From IMG/VR virus record IMGVR_UViG_3300042330_000238, positions 1 through 59,463 of that record: a DNA stretch of 59,463 bases. One strand, 5' to 3'. Shown here piece by piece: positions 6,697 to 14,489 of the stretch. Each line of letters starts with the position of its first letter. Within the stretch, counting starts at the first letter, position 1. This stretch comes from a virus. Lineage: Duplodnaviria > Caudoviricetes. A program made the translations under genes and the position numbers. The notes under the pieces are model-generated. The model was not told the DNA's origin and ran no database searches. It saw only the letters and a program-made list of their open reading frames with translations.

Positions 6697-6967
6697 GTTC
6701 AGTAAAATAAATAAGCAACTTATTAAGGATATTGTTGAGTGGATTAAAGGCTAAGGGTTGATAGAGATGCCTCCACTGGACGGGTTTTGCGAGGTATGAC
6801 GACTTCAATAACACTGGTAAGCCAAGGTTTTCTACAGAACTAACGTTTTTGTGGGAAACCTCGCTATATCTATTAGTTAAATAACTTTATATGATTTAAA
6901 TATAATTAAGTAATGTTAATTATATTAATGCACCCACTATGCTTTATTGCATTTAGTGGGTTTTTTT
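6697..6967 (+). ncRNA. Putative small RNA between a promoter and a terminator
   Basis: No + strand ORF; GC-rich multi-stem core (GUGGA/UCCAC, AGGC/GCCU, GCGAGGU/ACCUCGC, long hairpin near 6826-6860). Confidence 0.6.
6933..6967 (+). terminator. Intrinsic terminator
   Basis: CCCACTA...TAGTGGG followed by T7. Confidence 0.8.
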
Positions 6968-7006
6968 ATGTTTTTTAAATAAATTTTAAAAATAATTCAC
7001 TTTTTA

Positions 7007-7038
7007 TTTGGAATTGTCAAAAAAAAGTATTATCTTTG
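7007..7038 (+). promoter_or_regulatory. Bacteroidota sigma-A-type promoter
   Basis: TTTG-N20-TATCTTTG upstream of the ClpP-like gene. Confidence 0.8.
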
Positions 7039-7062
7039 TATAAATAATTTAAATAAAAGAAT

Positions 7063-7584
7063 ATGTTTCAACTTTTACAACCACAAGACGAAGAAGATTT
7101 TGTACGTTATGTATATTATTTCAATAATGAAATTAATACAGAAACAGTAAATGAATTAATTGGTATTTTATCTGCTGTACCATCAGTAGATTTATTTATG
7201 ACTACACCAGGAGGAGAAATGCCTGCAGCAAGTGTATTAATGCACTTTATAAATAATCATCCTGATATTAATATTTATCTAACAGGATATATTGCGTCAG
7301 CAGGTACATTCTTTTTAACAGATTGTGTTAAACCTGTTTATTTAACTGAATCATTAGATTGGATGTTATTTCATATGGGTGATAGAGAGTTTGGAGGGAA
7401 GTTTAGAAAAGAACCTCTAAATAGAGATGAATTGTATAAGCAGTTAGAAGAATGTAATCAGACATACTCAGATAAATTTAAGAAATTAGGTTTAACACCT
7501 AAAGAGATTAAAGAGTATTTAAAGGGTGAAGATGTAATCCTTTATAGAAAAGATTTTGGTAGATTAAAAGTAAATAGAAAATAA
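7063..7584 (+). CDS. ClpP-like (S14) serine protease
   Basis: LFMTTPGG, YIASAG (catalytic Ser) and downstream LFH. Confidence 0.8.
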   Translation: MFQLLQPQDEEDFVRYVYYFNNEINTETVNELIGILSAVPSVDLFMTTPGGEMPAASVLMHFINNHPDINIYLTGYIASAGTFFLTDCVKPVYLTESLDWMLFHMGDREFGGKFRKEPLNRDELYKQLEECNQTYSDKFKKLGLTPKEIKEYLKGEDVILYRKDFGRLKVNRK

Positions 7585-7606
7585 TTTAAAAATAATTGCT
7601 AAAAAA

Positions 7607-7638
7607 CTTGCATATGTCAAATATATTTTGTATCTTTG
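7607..7638 (+). promoter_or_regulatory. Bacteroidota sigma-A-type promoter
   Basis: CTTG-N20-TATCTTTG. Confidence 0.75.
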
Positions 7639-7654
7639 TATAAATATTTAAAAA

Positions 7655-7888
7655 ATGACTAGAAAATTAATATGTTGTGATTTTGATAAACCAATATTGG
7701 TTGATGATCAACAACCTGAAGGATTTCAAGAATGGTGTGAAGGTATTATACATGATAAGTGTAAATTCACATTACCTGATAATACTTCTTACGATATTAA
7801 AATGTTTGTAGATTTAAACTACAATTTTAACACAGGTTCATATACAACCTTTTTAGAAAACAGATTTAAAGAATTAAATGATGAGTAA
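7655..7888 (+). CDS. Hypothetical protein
   Basis: 77-aa ORF right after a promoter. Confidence 0.65.
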   Translation: MTRKLICCDFDKPILVDDQQPEGFQEWCEGIIHDKCKFTLPDNTSYDIKMFVDLNYNFNTGSYTTFLENRFKELNDE

Positions 7889-8045
7889 AACGTATCAAGA
7901 ATGGGTTCAAGAAATCCAATGGTTAAGAGATAAAATTATATTACCTAACGGTAAGCGAATAGATAAACAATCTTTTATGACAGGTGGACAAGTAGATCCA
8001 AATAAACTAAACACTATTCTTTTAGATGAACACAGAAGACAATAA
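7881..8045 (+). CDS. Small hypothetical protein (54 aa)
   Basis: Manually translated MSKTYQEWVQ...DEHRRQ; overlaps both neighbours. Confidence 0.55.
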   Translation: MSKTYQEWVQEIQWLRDKIILPNGKRIDKQSFMTGGQVDPNKLNTILLDEHRRQ

Positions 8046-8202
8046 AGAAGAGTTTCAGTTTTGGAATGATGAGTGGAATACTAATGAATGTAAATGTCAT
8101 ATACCTAGAGGAAACAGTTTTACAGGAAATTGTTTAAATTGTAATAAATTAATAAAACCAATAAAAAATGATAAACCAGATGGTCGTAGATATAAAAAAT
8201 AA
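8026..8202 (+). CDS. Small Cys-rich (zinc-ribbon-like) protein (58 aa)
   Basis: Manually translated; CKC...CLNC. Confidence 0.5.
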   Translation: MNTEDNKEEFQFWNDEWNTNECKCHIPRGNSFTGNCLNCNKLIKPIKNDKPDGRRYKK

Positions 8203-8452
8203 ATATAACGAGATAGAAAAAGATTTAACAGATAATCAAGCGGATGTATTTTTAAGATATAATTATTTTACTAAAAAATATAAAGGTGATAGATTAAATG
8301 ATATTAATGTAGGATTATTTCTAAATGATAGTTATCAACCAGTAGCACAAATATTTGTTAGAAATAAAAAAGGTTATATTAGAACTCATCTAGTATTTAA
8401 TAAAGATGGTAATAAGATAATTGATAAACAAGTTTTAAATTTAAAAGTATAA
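8168..8452 (+). CDS. Hypothetical protein
   Basis: 94-aa ORF in a tight operon. Confidence 0.65.
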   Translation: MINQMVVDIKNKYNEIEKDLTDNQADVFLRYNYFTKKYKGDRLNDINVGLFLNDSYQPVAQIFVRNKKGYIRTHLVFNKDGNKIIDKQVLNLKV

Positions 8453-8643
8453 TGAATGATATAAAAATATCTAAAAATTTATTTAGATTAGAAGAAAATA
8501 ATATTGGAATTTTTTATGATTCTGATTTAAATGAAGGATTTATTATTAACAATAAAATAAATAAAATTTTAACTTTAGAAGATTTAAAAATATTAAATCG
8601 ATTATCTAAACAGTTATTTAAACATATTAAAACAGATGAGTAG
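8452..8643 (+). CDS. Hypothetical protein
   Basis: TAATG coupling. Confidence 0.6.
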   Translation: MNDIKISKNLFRLEENNIGIFYDSDLNEGFIINNKINKILTLEDLKILNRLSKQLFKHIKTDE

Positions 8644-8899
8644 TTTTGCAAGCAGAGGTTTAAGACAAACAGTCTTATTAAAAAACAAAGAAACTAAAAA
8701 ACATATTAAAGCTTTCTATAGTATAATTGGAGAAATTGATAAAATATCAAGACAGTTAGATCCTACAATAGAATATACTGAAGAAAATATTAATGAATAT
8801 GTTAATCCTATTTTAGGTAGAGACTTAGACAATATGGAAATGTTTTTATTATTAGGTAAATTAAATGTAGTTAATAATGAAACTAAAGATAACAATTAA
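8636..8899 (+). CDS. Hypothetical protein
   Basis: 87-aa ORF with overlaps. Confidence 0.65.
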   Translation: MSSFASRGLRQTVLLKNKETKKHIKAFYSIIGEIDKISRQLDPTIEYTEENINEYVNPILGRDLDNMEMFLLLGKLNVVNNETKDNN

Positions 8900-9164
8900 A
8901 AATATTAAATCTTATATAGAAGGGAACTCTAAAATGTTCCTTTCTAATGTAGGATTACAAGCACAACACTTACAAGAACAAGTTGCTTATAGATCACTTA
9001 TTTGTAAAGAGTCGTGTGTAAGTAAAGGTTATTGTGAAGAATGTGGATGTGACTTACCAGGAAAGTTTTATGTAGAAGAATCTTGTAATGGTGGTAAGAA
9101 ATTTCCAGATTTAATGAGTAGAGTAGATTGGGAACATTTTAAAAAAGAAAATAATGTTGAATAA
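8877..9164 (+). CDS. Cys-rich zinc-binding protein
   Basis: CxxxC...CEECGC...SC pattern. Confidence 0.7.
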   Translation: MKLKITIKNIKSYIEGNSKMFLSNVGLQAQHLQEQVAYRSLICKESCVSKGYCEECGCDLPGKFYVEESCNGGKKFPDLMSRVDWEHFKKENNVE

Positions 9165-9381
9165 AAAATATATGATTAAACATACTGATCTATTAAAAGT
9201 ATTAGAAAAATATGAAGAGTTTGAATCAACTTTTAATAGATTTGTATTAAAACATAAAAATTATAATTTAACAACAACCATTGAACAAGAAAAAGAATTA
9301 TGGGTTTGTAAAATTGAAGTAAATGAATCAGAAAATAATAAAGTACCTGAAGAAACTATTAAAGCATCTCCAGTACTATAA
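9154..9381 (+). CDS. Hypothetical protein
   Basis: 75-aa ORF. Confidence 0.6.
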   Translation: MLNKKYMIKHTDLLKVLEKYEEFESTFNRFVLKHKNYNLTTTIEQEKELWVCKIEVNESENNKVPEETIKASPVL

Positions 9382-9637
9382 TAAATTAGCACCTTTTCCT
9401 GTATATGATACAGATTATGTAAACGATGTAAAAAATAGAATTATGGAATTAGAAAATGAAAAAGAAATAAATTATGATGATGAACCAGTAGTGGCTTGTA
9501 AGTATTGTAAAAGTTTACATATTGTAACAGATGAAGTAGACAATGATATTTGTATGAGATGTGGATCAATTAATGAATTAAAAAGTTTTGAAAATATTCA
9601 TGAATATAAAGAATTTCTAAATGGCGAAAATACCTAA
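9323..9637 (+). CDS. Zinc-ribbon protein (crAss-like conserved)
   Basis: YDDEPVVACKYCKSLHI...CMRCGS. Confidence 0.75.
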   Translation: MNQKIIKYLKKLLKHLQYYNKLAPFPVYDTDYVNDVKNRIMELENEKEINYDDEPVVACKYCKSLHIVTDEVDNDICMRCGSINELKSFENIHEYKEFLNGENT

Positions 9638-10280
9638 TACAGAAAAAAGACCTTTAAAAGGAGAACCTAAATTAAAGGTAGATTTAAATGAAGAACAAAA
9701 AGAATTTGTTAAAATGTTTTATGAATATGATGTAAATTTTCTTTTAGGAGATTTCGGATCAGGTAAATCATTAGCCGCAGTACATACTGCATTATCTTAC
9801 TTTAGAAAAAAACAATGTAATGAAATTTGGATAACACGTCCAATGATTAAAAATCAATTAGCAGCATTACCAGGAGACGTTAAAGAAAAGATGGCTCCAT
9901 ATACTTTTCCAATTGTTCAAAACTTAGAAGTATGTCAAGGTAAAGAAGCTACTGATAAAATGGAAAAAGAAGGATTAATTAAAATCATGCCTATTGATGT
10001 AGCTAAAGGAGTTACATTTATGAAATCAGTTGTTATTGTAGATGAGTTTCAAGATATGGACTATGATGATTTTAGAACAATCTTAACACGTTTAGGTGAT
10101 GGTAGTAAAATGATATTCTGTGGTTCAAAGCAACAAATTCATAAATCAATTGGTAAAAACAGTTGTTTATATGATGCACTTAAATTAGAAGAAAGTGGAT
10201 TAGTAGGATTTAAAACATTAACTGCTAATCATAGAAATCCAATATTAACAGAAATTATTAAGTATTTAGAAAATGAATAA
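9621..10280 (+). CDS. phoH: PhoH-family ATPase
   Basis: Walker A GDFGSGKS, LPGDVKEKMAPY, VDEFQD, ILTRLG, NHRNP. Confidence 0.92.
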   Translation: MAKIPNTEKRPLKGEPKLKVDLNEEQKEFVKMFYEYDVNFLLGDFGSGKSLAAVHTALSYFRKKQCNEIWITRPMIKNQLAALPGDVKEKMAPYTFPIVQNLEVCQGKEATDKMEKEGLIKIMPIDVAKGVTFMKSVVIVDEFQDMDYDDFRTILTRLGDGSKMIFCGSKQQIHKSIGKNSCLYDALKLEESGLVGFKTLTANHRNPILTEIIKYLENE

Positions 10281-10656
10281 TAATGAAAAAGTAGCTAATC
10301 TAAATGTTCATATTAAATCTTTCTTTAGACAATGGATTTTATTTACTGCACCGTTTCATAAATTAAGTAATCAACAACAAAGAGTATTATCGCTACTTTT
10401 ATATTATCATTATAAATTAAAACAAGAGATTACAAATAATAAAATACTATGGAAAGAAGTATTTGATTATGAAACAAAAGTAAAGATATATACAGAATTA
10501 GAAATACAACCTTCAGCATTAGAAAATATGTTATCTAGTTTAAGAAAAAAAAATATCATTATCGATAAGCAAGTTTCTCCAATGTATATACCTAATATTT
10601 CTAAAGATTCAAAAACATTTACTATTAAATTTAATTTTAATATTAAACATGAGTAA
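10273..10656 (+). CDS. Putative winged-helix DNA-binding protein (RepL-like, crAss conserved)
   Basis: HTH-like segment IYTELEIQPSALENMLSSLRKKNII; synteny. Confidence 0.55.
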   Translation: MNNNEKVANLNVHIKSFFRQWILFTAPFHKLSNQQQRVLSLLLYYHYKLKQEITNNKILWKEVFDYETKVKIYTELEIQPSALENMLSSLRKKNIIIDKQVSPMYIPNISKDSKTFTIKFNFNIKHE

Positions 10657-10936
10657 AGAAATAAATGAAAAAAAAGTAAAAGATTTAATACATAAGATTG
10701 GTTTAGTAAATAATTTGACAGATGAACAAGTTAAAAACATTGTAGAGTCACAATTTAGATTTACATATGAAATAATTAAAAATATTTCTTTAGACGAACT
10801 CTCAGAAGAAGAAATAAAAGAATTAAAAAAAACTTTCTATTTTAAATATTTAGGAAAGTTATACACAACAGAAGAGATTATAAAAAGAAAAATAAATAAA
10901 TTAAATAAAGAAGATGGAAGATCAGAAGAGAATTAA
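10649..10936 (+). CDS. HU/IHF-like DNA-binding protein
   Basis: Helix-helix then FYFKYLGKLY strand; crAss synteny. Confidence 0.6.
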   Translation: MSKEINEKKVKDLIHKIGLVNNLTDEQVKNIVESQFRFTYEIIKNISLDELSEEEIKELKKTFYFKYLGKLYTTEEIIKRKINKLNKEDGRSEEN

Positions 10937-11276
10937 TAGTGCTGAAGCATTTAACATTGCACAAACATTTCCAATTGAACCAATGTTCAATAAAGTAATT
11001 GTAACATTAAATAAAGAAGAAGTAGATCATTATTTGGTGTTATCAGATAATATTATGTCAGAAGAACAATATGTAGTAGCATTTGGTTCACATGTACATA
11101 ACATTGCATTAGGTGATAAAGTATTACTTGATATTGAAAAGATGATGAGTAAGGAAATTAATCCTGAAAATCAAGATGAGTATATTACAAGAATTAAAAT
11201 TGATCCTATTACTGTAGATGGTAATATGTATGCGTTGATTGAAGACAGATTTATTAAAGCTAAATATAAAAATTAA
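10914..11276 (+). CDS. groES: GroES-like co-chaperonin
   Basis: IEPMFNKVIV, VVAFG...IALGDKVLL, ITVDGNMYALIEDRFI. Confidence 0.75.
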   Translation: MEDQKRINSAEAFNIAQTFPIEPMFNKVIVTLNKEEVDHYLVLSDNIMSEEQYVVAFGSHVHNIALGDKVLLDIEKMMSKEINPENQDEYITRIKIDPITVDGNMYALIEDRFIKAKYKN

Positions 11277-11277
11277 T

Positions 11278-11673
11278 ATGAAAAAAACATTATTATTTAT
11301 TTCTACAGGATTTGTAGTAATTACATTACTTGCAACGTTATTTGGAAAAATTACATTGGAACAGTTTGGATATATTACACCATTAGTATTGAGTATTTTA
11401 TATAGTGTCTATCAAAAATTATTAAATAATGAAAAAGATGAAACAGTTGACGTACTTCGTAATATGTTAGGTGATGCTTATAATAAATTTGCAGAAGAAG
11501 AAAGTATATTAGATTCTAAAATTGCACAATTAAGAAATGAAAATTCTAAATTAAGTATTGAATTAGAATCATACGCTATGACAAATAGAAATTTACGTGC
11601 AGGATTTGATTCTGAAAAACAAGTTGAAGATAAACAACCTGTAGAAAAACCTAAAAGAACAAGAAAAAAATAA
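11278..11673 (+). CDS. Membrane protein with coiled-coil tail
   Basis: Two N-terminal TM segments; ATG at 11278 follows the upstream stop. Confidence 0.65.
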   Translation: MKKTLLFISTGFVVITLLATLFGKITLEQFGYITPLVLSILYSVYQKLLNNEKDETVDVLRNMLGDAYNKFAEEESILDSKIAQLRNENSKLSIELESYAMTNRNLRAGFDSEKQVEDKQPVEKPKRTRKK

Positions 11674-11675
11674 TT

Positions 11676-12239
11676 ATGAAATTATTTGAAATGAAAGACT
11701 GGGTCCTTAGTGTTCGAGAAGAATGCTGGGGACTCTCTCCATTTAAGAAAATTCTTAAAAGAGATAAGAGTAGAGATAAAGCAACAGCTTTAAAAGAAAT
11801 GTTATTCATCTATTATTATTCAGATATTAAATCAGATTATTCTATTATAACAAACGAATTAATTAAAACTGAAGAAATTAAAAAGGATGTAGGATTACCT
11901 GATGAATGGAAGATTGATTCAGTAATGCAAGAAGCTATTGAATTTTATGAATCAAGATCAATAACAACTATTGGTAAATTATATCGTGATGCATTAAAAG
12001 CAGCTAATGATGTTTCTGAATATTTAAGAAATGCAGGAGCTATTTTAGCAGAAAGAGATGATAGAGGTAAACCTGTGGTAACAGTGAATGTTATTACTGC
12101 AGCAATTAATCAAGTTAATAAATTAATGAAAGATTTAAAAGCAGCAGAAAAAGAAGTTGTTAAAGAACAACAAGAATTAGAAGGAAGAATGAAAGGTAGT
12201 AAGGCGCTAAGTATTTTTGAGGAAGGTCTCGATTTTTAA
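11676..12239 (+). CDS. crAss-conserved protein, putative terminase small subunit
   Basis: RDKSRDK..A.KE..FIY..SD motif; helical; upstream of terL. Confidence 0.55.
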   Translation: MKLFEMKDWVLSVREECWGLSPFKKILKRDKSRDKATALKEMLFIYYYSDIKSDYSIITNELIKTEEIKKDVGLPDEWKIDSVMQEAIEFYESRSITTIGKLYRDALKAANDVSEYLRNAGAILAERDDRGKPVVTVNVITAAINQVNKLMKDLKAAEKEVVKEQQELEGRMKGSKALSIFEEGLDF

Positions 12240-12246
12240 CAACAAT

Positions 12247-12807
12247 ATGAGAAAGACAAATAATAAATGTGTCTATAGACATAGACGATTGGATACTAAT
12301 GAAATATTTTATGTAGGAATGGGTTCTAATAAAAGAGCAACTTCTCTAAATAATCGTAATGAATTATGGAAAAGAATTGTTAATAAAACAGAATATGTTG
12401 TAGAAATTGTTTCTGAAAATTTAACTTGGGAAGATGCTTGTGAATTAGAATGTTTACTAATTAAAGAATATGGTAGATTAGATGATAAAACAGGAAAACT
12501 TTGTAATTTTACAAATGGTGGTGATGGTAGTGTTGGAATTGTAAGATCTCAAAAAACTAGAAAACTTTTAAGTGATGCACTTAAAAATAGAAAATTTTCA
12601 AACGATACAATAGTTAAAATGAAAAAAGCTAAAGAAAATAAATATTATTTAGACGATAACCCGAATTCTAAAAAAGTTATAAATATAGAAACTGGAGAAA
12701 TATTTAACACATTAAAAGAAGCAGCTTCAAGTATTAATATGAATTACGGTAGTTTTAAATGGTCTATAAGAAAAGCTAAAAAATTTAATTTTAAATACTA
12801 TAATTAA
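12247..12807 (+). CDS. Free-standing GIY-YIG-like homing endonuclease with NUMOD repeats
   Basis: VYRH...FYVGMG..R, E..LI..YG, N.T.GGDG; C-terminal SKKVINIETGEIFNTLKEAA. Confidence 0.8.
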   Translation: MRKTNNKCVYRHRRLDTNEIFYVGMGSNKRATSLNNRNELWKRIVNKTEYVVEIVSENLTWEDACELECLLIKEYGRLDDKTGKLCNFTNGGDGSVGIVRSQKTRKLLSDALKNRKFSNDTIVKMKKAKENKYYLDDNPNSKKVINIETGEIFNTLKEAASSINMNYGSFKWSIRKAKKFNFKYYN

Positions 12808-12808
12808 T

Positions 12809-13036
12809 ATGAAATTTATAGAAGAAGGATATGATATATATAGAGGAAGACTTAAAGATCCATCCTTAAAAAAATTAAATTGGTATGAGGAAAATATTGT
12901 AAAACATCTTCCAACTACTGATGATTTTATTTTAAAAATAAAAATAGGAGATGAACATCTTATTGACATTTTAAAAGAAAAAAATGATTTGGAGTATTTA
13001 AATAATGAAAATGTACATGGAAGAAATATATTATAA
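12809..13036 (+). CDS. Hypothetical protein
   Basis: 75-aa ORF filling the operon gap. Confidence 0.55.
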   Translation: MKFIEEGYDIYRGRLKDPSLKKLNWYEENIVKHLPTTDDFILKIKIGDEHLIDILKEKNDLEYLNNENVHGRNIL

Positions 13037-14489
13037 TAAAGAAGGAAGAGAAAAGTTAATTAGTGGTGTAAATAAATTACATGATGCAGTAGCTTCTACT
13101 ATGGGTCCTAATGGTAGAACTGTAGTAATACCAGATGAAGATAGTTATGGTAAATATAAAGTTACTAAAGATGGTGTTTCTGTAGCAAGACAAGTTAAAT
13201 TAAAAGATCCTGTTGAAAATATAGGAGCTCAATTAATTAAACAGGCTGCTGAGAAGACTGTTGAAGAAGCTGGTGATGGAACAACAACTGCAACTGTATT
13301 AGCCACAACGTTTGTAAATAATCTTAAAGATTTTGAATATGTAGAAGTTGTTAAAGCATTTGATGATATAATTCCTAAAGTATTAGTAGAATTAAAAAAT
13401 AATTCAAGAGAATTAAAAAAAGAAGATATTAAACATGTTGCTAGTATTTCAGCTAATAATGATGAAGTAATTGGTAATATTATTCAAGACTCTTATAATC
13501 ATTCTGACATTATTAAAATTGAACAATCTAATAATATTACAGATGTTATAGAATTAATTGAAGGAATGAATTTAAATGTAAGTTATTTTTCAAAACATTT
13601 TATAAATAATGAAAAGAAAGGTACTTGTGAATTAGATAACCCTTATGTATTACTTTTAGATGGAAAACTAGAAAAGTTAGAAAATTTTAGAATTCCATTA
13701 GAAAAAGGTATGGATCAAGGTAGTTCATTATTAATTATAACAGAACACGTACATGAGCAATCATTACGTAAATTGGAATCAATTGTTCTTAGTAACAATG
13801 TTAATTTATGTATTATTAAAACACCTGGTTTTGGTCCACATAGAAAAGACTTAATTAGAGATTTATCTGATTTTACAGGTGCTACTGTAATTAGTGATAT
13901 GACTAAAGAATATAATGATAAAGTATTAGGAAAACTTAAATCTGCAAGTATTAGTAAGAACTCATCTATATTAGTTAAAGATGAAAGCATTGAATTAGAA
14001 GATTTAATTATAACCTTAAAAGAATATTCTAAATCAACAGAATTAACAGACTACGATAAAGAACTATTAAAACAACGTATTGATAATTTAACAGGTAAAG
14101 TATCTATTATTAAAATAGGTGGTAAAACTGAAAATGAAATGAAAGAACGTTATGATAGATATGATGATGCTGTTAAAGCTGTAGCTTGTGCATTAGAAGA
14201 AGGAATTGTACAAGGTGGTGGTATAGCGTTATATAATACTACGATTAATCTTTGTAATTCAAATTTTGGAGAAATTGTAGATGGAATATTTAATGCTTTA
14301 GATAAACCTTCTAATATTATAATGGATACTCGAAATTTTAATTATCAAGAAAAAAATATGTTTGATGAAAATATTATAGATCCACTTAAAGTTACAAGAA
14401 CAGCTTTAGAAAACGCAGTTTCAGTAGCTAAAACAATACTTAGTACTGATGCTATTGTATTAAATGAAATAGAATGGAACAAGAATTAA
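13005..14489 (+). CDS. groEL: Chaperonin GroEL (phage-encoded)
   Basis: TMGPNGR, VTKDGVSVA, AGDGTTTATVLA, KTPGFG, EEGIVQGGG, IIDPLKVTR. Confidence 0.95.
   Translation: MKMYMEEIYYNKEGREKLISGVNKLHDAVASTMGPNGRTVVIPDEDSYGKYKVTKDGVSVARQVKLKDPVENIGAQLIKQAAEKTVEEAGDGTTTATVLATTFVNNLKDFEYVEVVKAFDDIIPKVLVELKNNSRELKKEDIKHVASISANNDEVIGNIIQDSYNHSDIIKIEQSNNITDVIELIEGMNLNVSYFSKHFINNEKKGTCELDNPYVLLLDGKLEKLENFRIPLEKGMDQGSSLLIITEHVHEQSLRKLESIVLSNNVNLCIIKTPGFGPHRKDLIRDLSDFTGATVISDMTKEYNDKVLGKLKSASISKNSSILVKDESIELEDLIITLKEYSKSTELTDYDKELLKQRIDNLTGKVSIIKIGGKTENEMKERYDRYDDAVKAVACALEEGIVQGGGIALYNTTINLCNSNFGEIVDGIFNALDKPSNIIMDTRNFNYQEKNMFDENIIDPLKVTRTALENAVSVAKTILSTDAIVLNEIEWNKN

Noticed and set aside
6614-6814. 66-aa minus-strand ORF
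   Set aside because: Antisense shadow of the promoter and small RNA (LQRYNIYLTIPNF is the reverse translation of the promoter); non-ATG start
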